Source of the DNA: Moniliella sp. 'wahieum'
Lineage: Eukaryota
Length of the DNA: 64,000 bases
Direction: 5' to 3'
NCBI GenBank assembly: GCA_003971905.1
Contig: RSEE01000046.1
Location: forward strand, 124,001-188,000
This document shows, in pieces, positions 56,180-64,000 of this stretch. Numbering within the stretch: the stretch's first letter is position 1; each line of letters starts with the position of its first letter. Below the pieces are notes generated by a model that did not search any database, was not told where the DNA came from, and saw only the letters and a program-made list of their open reading frames with translations. The position numbers were made by a program, and so were the translations under genes.

Positions 56180-56898
56180 TGGGCACACGATGATGTGCTC
56201 AACTTGAGCTGGGCGCACCCCTCCCTTGTTGAAACATTCCTCCAGTCCACCAGCCCAGCGTATCCGCCCTATCCTGTGCGCATTTCCTTTTTCTTATTGT
56301 GCAACCTTTACTAGTTACTAGTTACTCCCAATACCCTACCGACTCATTCGTTATTGCTTCAGTGATGTCCAAAGTATTACCGTGCTGGCATAATGCAGCT
56401 GTAACCCACTCGCCTCTGTCCTTCCTTCGTTTGTACAGTTGACACTGCCGTGTGCGGAGCTTTTCTCTTGAGTGGTTTGTACTTGTTGAATTTTGGTCGT
56501 GTCCTCACCCGCAGAGTTAAGAAGAGGCAGGCCTCAAGTTAGCGAAACGCTCAGGCGGCGTCTTTCCGGGGCCGTAATAGTGAGATAGATTGCCAATGGC
56601 TAACAGTCAGCAAGAGATCCTCTAAAAGTCCCCGAGAAAGGAATGAGATGGTGGCCACGATATGCACTGTCACGAGCGGGCGGATGTCAATTCAACCTGC
56701 CTTCTTCAACTGTTCCTGTCGCAGACCGGACCAATTGAGCCTAGAGCGCAAGCAAGTATCACCAGTATACCATGTTGATCCCATAATCAGTTCAGTGTAT
56801 GCACAGAGGTACGATGAAGTGGCCAGGACAAGGACGATCGATGAAGGGGGCAACCGACACTCAGAAAGCATATGGAAAATCGCGTGTCCTGATGGTGC

Positions 56899-57682
56899 CT
56901 ATGCGGGCAAAGCTTGACGGAGCGGGCAGGTGCCGGTTCTGGCTCTGCCTGGGACTGAGCGGGTTCCCGAACGGCATCGGACACGCCGGGCTCGGATGTT
57001 GGCGGGGCAGGCAGCATGGTGATGGGCACCGCATCTTCTTCGCCTGGGTTCTCCATCACAAACTCTTGTTGCTCCCGTTCAATCTCCTCAAGTTCATGTA
57101 GAACCGCATCCTCTTCTTCTGCCGTCATGTGGGATGAGAGCAGTTCGTCGATTTCCCGTTGGGCCGCTTGCGCTTCCGCCGTGTCCTCCATCAGCTTCTC
57201 CACGCTCTCCACATTCATCACCCGATGGATCTCCTTGAGTACGTCATTTCCCTGCTTCAGGCCGTAGGCGACCGCTTCTTGGATTTGGGCAAACTCAATG
57301 GTGGACACCTGTGGGGGGGGGGTCAGAACAAGCAGGGGGCAGGGAAAAGACAGAGAAAAACACCAGTTGTTCCAGTGTCTCGAGTTGGCCGTCTGTCTTG
57401 GCCAGGAGCGAATCATGGTACTTCCTCCTGCGCAGCGCTGTCCTGAGCCTTTTCCCGTTCGCCTCGGCCCAGAGCGATCTTGGCGAGATCTTGTTCGCGC
57501 GCCGAGATCACGGCAAGCTGGCCACGGCCATTGGATGTGAGTGGGGAGGAAGACACGGCACAAGGGGAGGCGCGGACACACCTTGCGCTGGTATTGCTGG
57601 ATCCGATCCCGCTGCAGCTTCAGTTCGAGGATGGCGCGGTCTTGGGGTGTGATCTTGGGCCCTTGGATCCGAGCTGGCCCAT
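56899..57682 (-). CDS. VPS20: ESCRT-III subunit Vps20 (Snf7 family)
   Basis: Myristoylation-type start MGQLGSKG-PKITPQDRAILELKLQRDRIQQYQRK, VSTIEFAQIQ..GLKQGNDVLKEIH..VEKLMEDTAEA..EIDELL. Two introns. Confidence 0.93.
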
Positions 57683-58617
57683 GATGAGAGAGATTGATGG
57701 TGGCGCTGGCAGCGCTGGGGACCCAAGCGGAGCCGGCCCTTGCCGCCCCCCGCCCCGCGCCCAGGTGTGATCCGCGTGATCCGCGTGACCGCTCAATATT
57801 CAATCGCCTGCCCAGGCGGAACGGCGCATTCCGCTCGAGGACTCCGCACGCACCAGAAGCCTACGCCGAGTATATATAGGGGCAAACACGATATGCAAAA
57901 TGGGAGCAAAAAGCCACCGCATTTATATGCCGCAACAATAAGGTGTCCCCAGAACGTCCATTGCATTGCAGTGACCTACCGAGGATGTGTGGACCACCTC
58001 CCAATATTGGCGGGTTCTAGGGAAAGGGCTACTGATCAGGTTTGCAATTGTTGCGTTGTCTGCGCGGCGGGCGCAGGCGCGGCGCACGTTGGGTCTCTTG
58101 AACACTTAATTGGTGCTGCGTGGGCACAACATTTATTGGTTGTGGTTACAGTCAGTATATGAGCAGTTCGGATGGCCGCAGCACACCACCTTCTCATGCC
58201 TGCACGAGAAGGTAACTCCGCAAAGAATGTGAAGAGCCTGTGTGGTGTGTTTTGTGCATACGTAGACTCAACTCAAAAAGAGATTGTGAGAGTAAGAGAA
58301 AAAGCCGGCTCAGGAATGATCATCATCCTTGCGCCTGGCAACAACTGTGTAGGGGTGCATGAAGCATATATGCCCAAAAAAGGAGGGGGGGAACGACAAA
58401 GGCCAGAGACAGTAGGCATATTGGGAAAATCGAGAGGAGAACAGTAGAGAAAGCGAGACCATAGCTGGGAGAATGTCTTCTGGCTGTATTGTCGTATAAC
58501 AATAACGGAGCAGAGAGAAAGAGGGTAGGGGGTAAAGAGCATGCAAGAGCCCCCCAAAAGGCAAAGAATTTTCGACGGATGTCGCACCATATATATATAG
58601 GCAATATCACAGCTCAC

Positions 58618-61061
58618 TCAACCCCACAGGCCATTGGCCGCAACGTAGGGCGGAGTGATGTGAGGAGCATTAAGGTTGGTCGAGGAGATGTCGGACAGGT
58701 TCAGTAGCTCCGGGGCTTCAACCAGGACAATAGCCATAGCAGCGCCTAGTGCAAATACGGATGTGGTTAGTAGCGGTGCAGAGGTACGAGCGGGTTTCAC
58801 GCCGTGGGAGACACGTGGACATACTGAGATGTTGGGCAATGTGGCAGTGGAGCAAAGAACGGTAGGGCGACGAACATGGTGGCGAACAATAGCCCATCCA
58901 AGGGCAGGTACGCTCCATGAATCGAGTAGTTCTGGGTTTTGCATGTTGAGCAGAGAGCTGTTGTGGGAAAGAATGTCTTCGACAGAGGTGTAATTCAACG
59001 TGCCAGCACCCGAGCCCAAGTACCACACGGGATCGTTATGCTTGTGGAGTGGGTGGGGAGGGTTGGGACCCAGGCGCGTAGTCGCGTCCTGGAAGATAAA
59101 GTCAACCACCGAGTTGTTCTTCATGTCGAAGATGGTGTCACTAGGAATACCCTGGCCCCGATCCGACGCTTTGTCAAACAAAATGGGGTAGCCCTGAAAG
59201 TTGAGCGAGCTGAACGTCTTGTTGGTTCCAACCATAGACCATGTGACCCCATTCGTCATGTTCAACTGCAAATGGAACGTGTAGTCAGCCTTGCCCTGGG
59301 GGGAGCGTCCGCAGTGAACGGGGACAGTGCTGATTCGTTCTGAATCAAAGCACCATTGAGCAGTGTTCCGTTGTAGTTGAGCCATGTGGTACCAGTGGAA
59401 GGCAAGTCGTTGGTCACGTTCCATCCCAGGGCCTTGCCAGCAGGCGTGTCGGGCTGGGGGAAGCCATTGCTCCATTTGGCCTTCTGCAATGGAAGGTCGG
59501 CCTGTTGCGACGGAGTGGGGATGTACGGCTGCACGGACGGAACGGGGAAACCGATAATCTCAGCGGGAAGAGTATATTCGCTGGCAAAGGAGGAAGAATA
59601 CTGGGTAACGGTTGAAATGTCGGCCGGCTCCGGTGTAGCCTCTTGCCGCTTGCTTGCCTTGCTTGCAGTCGGAACGGAGGACGAGGCGAGGGAGCGTGAT
59701 TTGGAGGAACCAACAGAAGAGGCCTTGCTCGAGCTAGAGGCCTTGCTCGAGCTCACCACCGAAGAAGATGAGCCAGCACCTGAGCCAGTCTTGTCCACAT
59801 CAAGCACAGCATATCCCGACGAGATTTGAGGTAGGTTGCCGCAGGCAGCAAGACGCATGCGGTACTGGCCAGTAGAATTGGAGGTGGGCACAACGACAGT
59901 GTAGCGTGAACCAAGCGTCAGCTGCACCACTTGCACTTTTTGCGGGTCAACAAAGGTACCGTCGCGCGCCACGACCCACATATCATGACCGTCAATGGAG
60001 AAACACGACTGCCACTCGGCACCGGCATTGACCAGGTGGAAGGCGGCCCAGTCACCATCGTTACTGCCAAAGGAGGATGTGGGGTAGACGCCAAAGGCAC
60101 TGGTTGTGTTGGTGCAGGTGCGTGCATTAATGTTCTCCAAACGGTTTTCAAAGCTCAGCACCGGTGGGACACACCCAGTTGGGTCGACATAATCCACAAT
60201 ACCAAATGCGGCCGGAACGCCAGAGTACTCTTGGAGCTGCTCCGGTGGCAGGCAAACTACACGTCCTTGTGAGTTGATGAGCATCGTGTCGGAGCAGTAC
60301 GGGTCCTGTCCGGTTGAGCGGTAACGGATCAGGGCATTGTCAAACGTCTCGTGCCGCCAATCGTGGAGCAAAAGAGGCACGGCTTGCTTGAAGGCTTGCT
60401 CAATGCTGTTGTATGCTGACTTGTCAATCGAGTTCCAGGGCCTTCCGGCGGTAGAAGCGGGGTGGATGACGATTGGTCCACGCAAGCCGTCGACGTACCT
60501 GCGATGGCGCGAAAAAGGGAGGAAGGTGAGTAATCCTACAGCTGGGTGGCGGGACAAGGGGGGAAACGTACGTGCCGCGGCTGTGGGAGTGGTAAAAGTA
60601 AGCCCCCGACTGGACCGCTTTCCACTCATACGTGTAGTTCCCGTAAGGAAGGATGGGCCACTGAGTGATCCCGGGCACGCCATCTTGTTGGGGATCAACC
60701 TGAACAATTCCGTGGAAATGGACACTACTCTGGGTGTTGACATTGTTGACGACATTGATGCGCACAGTGTCTCCCTCGGCCTCAATGGTTGGGCCAGGGG
60801 TTTGGCCGTTGATGGCAAACGTTTGGCGCCAGAAACCGTCGGGGGCGAGCCACTCTTGTGTGATCTCAAAGTTGTACTCACGCACCGTGCTGGCGCGGGC
60901 ATGGAGGGGCAAGGCTGCGTCGTGTGCGAGCCACGGCGAAGGTGAAGCGGGGATGAAAGACCAGGGCCAGGATCGGTAGGCGGGTGGGCGAGGGCCAGGG
61001 CGAGGGGGGCCGCGGCGGCGGCAACAGAGGCCAGGCGGACCAGGGTGGAAAGACTGTGCAT
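58618..61061 (-). CDS. Secreted multicopper oxidase (laccase-like, AA1)
   Basis: Signal peptide, INGQTPGPTIE, and copper motifs SVHFHG, DGVPGITQWPI, YFYHSH, PHPLHKHN and LHCHIAQH..AM. Introns near 60.5 kb and 58.8 kb. Confidence 0.93.
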
Positions 61062-61839
61062 CTGTCCTGGAGGGCGGGAGGGGGGGGTGTTGGTTGGGGG
61101 GAGGTGGTGGCGAGAAAGGGGGGGCGTTTAAGAAGGCGGCCTGAGTGGTGAGTGCTCCTTGGCACGGCGGCGTCGGGGCGACGGGCGGGGAGGTGCGCAG
61201 CAATTCACGGGGTGGGACAGCGGGGCACCGACGCCCAGTGCTGCGTGAGATTGTCGTCCCTCTTACTTGGTAGGGCCAGGGAAGCCTACTATTAGTGCGC
61301 AGCCCTCCTGTATCCCACGCAGCTGCTACGCCACGCACTACCCCACTTTTATCCGGACAGTCAACAAGAGCGGGAGAAGAGCGCCGCGTGAGAAGGGTGT
61401 ATAACAAGGGACTAGGGAGGGTGGGCAACGGCAGGCAACATATGATGGGTGCAATATCGCCTGCTGAAGCACGGCAGTACAATGCATGATGATGATTCAC
61501 ACTATTACACCTGAACAACATATGAACAGCATGGCAGCACACACCCGCAGCCGTTTTCAGCCAGTGCAGACTTCGTACTTACATGTTACATGTTACATCG
61601 ATCCATGCGCTCAACGTTCACTAGTCACTGTGTCCCCGCATGCCAGAAAGTGCCACTCCGATGATCGCAATGAGCAACGATCTGCATCGATCAATGCAAA
61701 TGTTTACGTTTATGTAATGCATGCAATGTAATGTTCAACGAGAGCACACTTATGCGAGCCTCTGTTTAACCGCAATGACATGACGGTAGAGCTATAGGCG
61801 CAGCGTTTCTTTGTCCCTCTGTCTTACAAGCGTTGCCCA

Positions 61840-62365
61840 TGCTATGAAGCTTATGAAGCGAGCATCAGTCGCTTAGCTGACACCAGTTACTAGTCACTAG
61901 GATACCCGAGTACTGCCTATAGTACTGCCAACTCCACTACTGAGTACTCAGACTGAGGACTAAGTGAGTACTGAGTTACTGAAGAAGAGTATATACTGTG
62001 AAGCTTGAAGCTGGAATATCAGAGTGATCTCGGAGGTGGCTGACCTACTGCTGGCCCTCACAGGCCTCAGACCCTTTTGGTCAACATATTGAGTGCTGCA
62101 AGAATGTACTGAGAGTGCACTATCGAGTGTTGAATATTCACACTGCTACTCTCACCGAGTTGGGTTTACAGGCGCCACACTAGTATAGAAGTGCTAGGTC
62201 TTCTACCGAGTAGCCCTCAGGAAAAGGCCTCAGGCCCTCAGGCCCTCAGACCGGTCACCGGTCACCGGTCAAACTTCAATTGAGCGACTGAGGGTGAGCG
62301 CGCACGTGAGCCCAAAAGCTTAAAGCGACGTGTGATGCATGATGCATAATGCATGTGCACGTGCA
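61840..62365. repeat. Dense cluster of short palindrome-based tandem repeats
   Basis: tgaagcttatgaagc, agttactagtcactag, gagtactca/gagtactg, aagcttgaagct, (ggccctca)n, (accggtc)x3, (tgatgca)n. Confidence 0.75.
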
Positions 62366-62934
62366 TGACAGTGAGTACACGGAGTACCTGATTCAGATGC
62401 TCACAGAGTGCGTTGCTGCGGGCTGCTACTGAGTACCTAAGGCGTAAGTCTGGACGTTCAATCTAAGCGTTCTGCACGCCTAAACGTCCTAAATGTAAGG
62501 CGTTGGCCAATGATTAACAACGCATTACTAACTAGGGACTGCGTTATAGCTTTGGAATGGCCACTGGCACACTCTTTCTTCACACAAAGGGAGGGGGTGG
62601 GTCTGGCGAAGATCATCGATTCCGGATTCTGATACCCGGCCGGGGACGCAGACTGGACCCCTTCCAGGGCGCGCGCTCCCCCAGCTCGCCTGCTCGCCGG
62701 AAGAAGCAGGTTCTACATAGATACTGCTGCGGGCTACTGTTGCGGCCCGCGGCCCGCAGCCCTCCGCAGCAACTGCTCCGTCTATTCAGAGCACATATCT
62801 ATCCACTGTAATGTAACTGCGGCCCTGGTGACCGGTGCTGAGACCGCTGACTGCTGACCGGTGAGTCCGTGAGGCCGGCGAAGCCTGAAGCCTGAAGCTC
62901 ATTGTTGCGTTGCATGTCTAGCACATTCCTGCTG

Positions 62935-63224
62935 GAGTGCGACTCGGGAGAACTCGACGATCCCATCGACCGACCAGCTGCAAAAACAGCCTTCGGATAA
63001 ACGGCGTGAAGGCAAAGTGGTGAGCCACAAGTCTTCCACCGTCCCAAGGGAAGGAGACAGGAGACAGGAGATAGAGTAGAGGGAGATGCAGATGGAACGA
63101 GCAGGGAGGGGTGGGCGGCGTGCGAGCGGGACTTTTCCGCCCGGCGAGGCGAGCATCACGGAACAACTTGAGGGCCGTGCAGGGACACCCTAACTAGCAC
63201 TACGGGGACCCTAGCACTACCCTC
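62935..63224 (+). repeat. Dispersed repeat, copy 2 (homologous to 32798-33029, upstream of the Crypton ORF)
   Basis: Same blocks in the same order and orientation, with small indels. No recombinase ORF is adjacent. Confidence 0.85.
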
Positions 63225-64000
63225 CGGCATCGTGACCGGGCGACCAGCCGTCCGCTTGATTCGGGGCTCTGCCGCGCGCATTCCGACAGGTTGAAATTGC
63301 CTGTACATGGCTCATCGACACCTAGCATGCTTAGGCGTCACTCCCACGGTCTAGCAGCACCGTCTGTTGCTGCTGGAACCGCCATGGGGCGCTGAGCGTG
63401 CTGAGCACTGTCAGCAAAGCTCCAAAACGGGGCGTTGAAAACACATCTTATTGGTCACCGGGCATGTGGCTTTGGGCCGGAACAATAAATGGAAAACGGG
63501 CCGGCTATCATAGAAGGCAGACCGACGACCACATTTGTTGTGTGTATACCGCAGTCAAAGGTGGCCTTCGATGGGTTGGCAGGAGGTTTGGGAGCAGGCA
63601 CTCAATGCGCTGTGGCAGGACGAGAGTGCTGGTATAGCATTGGTAGTGGGAGACTCACAGAACTTGAGCTACGTTGAGAGAAGATCCAAGGGAGACAAGC
63701 TTTTTCAATTGATGAGCTAACTACCTGCCTGCCCTACCGATCGTCGCTGTGCTGCTAACTTGCCCAGCATGCACCAAAAGCTTGCACCCCACCACGCCCA
63801 CCCTCCTCACACCTACGCCCAGGCTGAGACTCAGGAGTCGACCTTTCGCCCCTGTTGCAAATTAATGTTTCCGCGAGTCGTGCGCCGCACACATGCGCAT
63901 CCCAGAATGCTCAGCACTGAAGTGCCACACCCGCCGTACTGTGTTGCGCGCCTCGGCTAATAGTCGCAAGTCGCAGAGCCCTTGCTTTTGAACGGCAGGT

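Noticed and set aside
63398..63960. Short ORFs next to the dispersed repeat copy as transposon cargo
   Set aside because: No recognisable transposase, recombinase or reverse transcriptase motifs; cannot be supported.

Overview
Eukaryotic DNA from a GC-rich, intron-poor basidiomycete fungus, probably Ustilaginomycotina; short GT..CTRAC..AG introns are visible. Nearly every conserved gene carries several 1-nt indels, so this is most likely an unpolished long-read assembly and all gene models had to be stitched across reading frames by eye. Recognisable genes in order: metacaspase, EVE-domain protein, double HMG-box protein, a small secreted protein, RIX7 AAA ATPase, a head-to-head RPS11/RPS12 pair, SPT7, an orphan membrane protein, an intron-containing tRNA-Gln(UUG), TRM5, hexokinase, a GBF1/Gea Sec7 ARF-GEF, an Aa_trans-like transporter, a divergent STE (Ste12-like) transcription factor, a very long disordered RA-PH protein, VPS20 and a multicopper oxidase. 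The most notable observations are: (1) a Crypton-type tyrosine-recombinase element between hexokinase and GEA, with a second copy of its upstream region 30 kb away; (2) a Ste12-like factor with a C-terminal STE domain containing two insertions and no zinc fingers; (3) a small secreted protein resembling a stand-alone aspartic-protease propeptide; and (4) recurrent intergenic 7-bp-period tandem arrays built from 6-bp palindromes. All homology calls come from motif recognition, not database searches.
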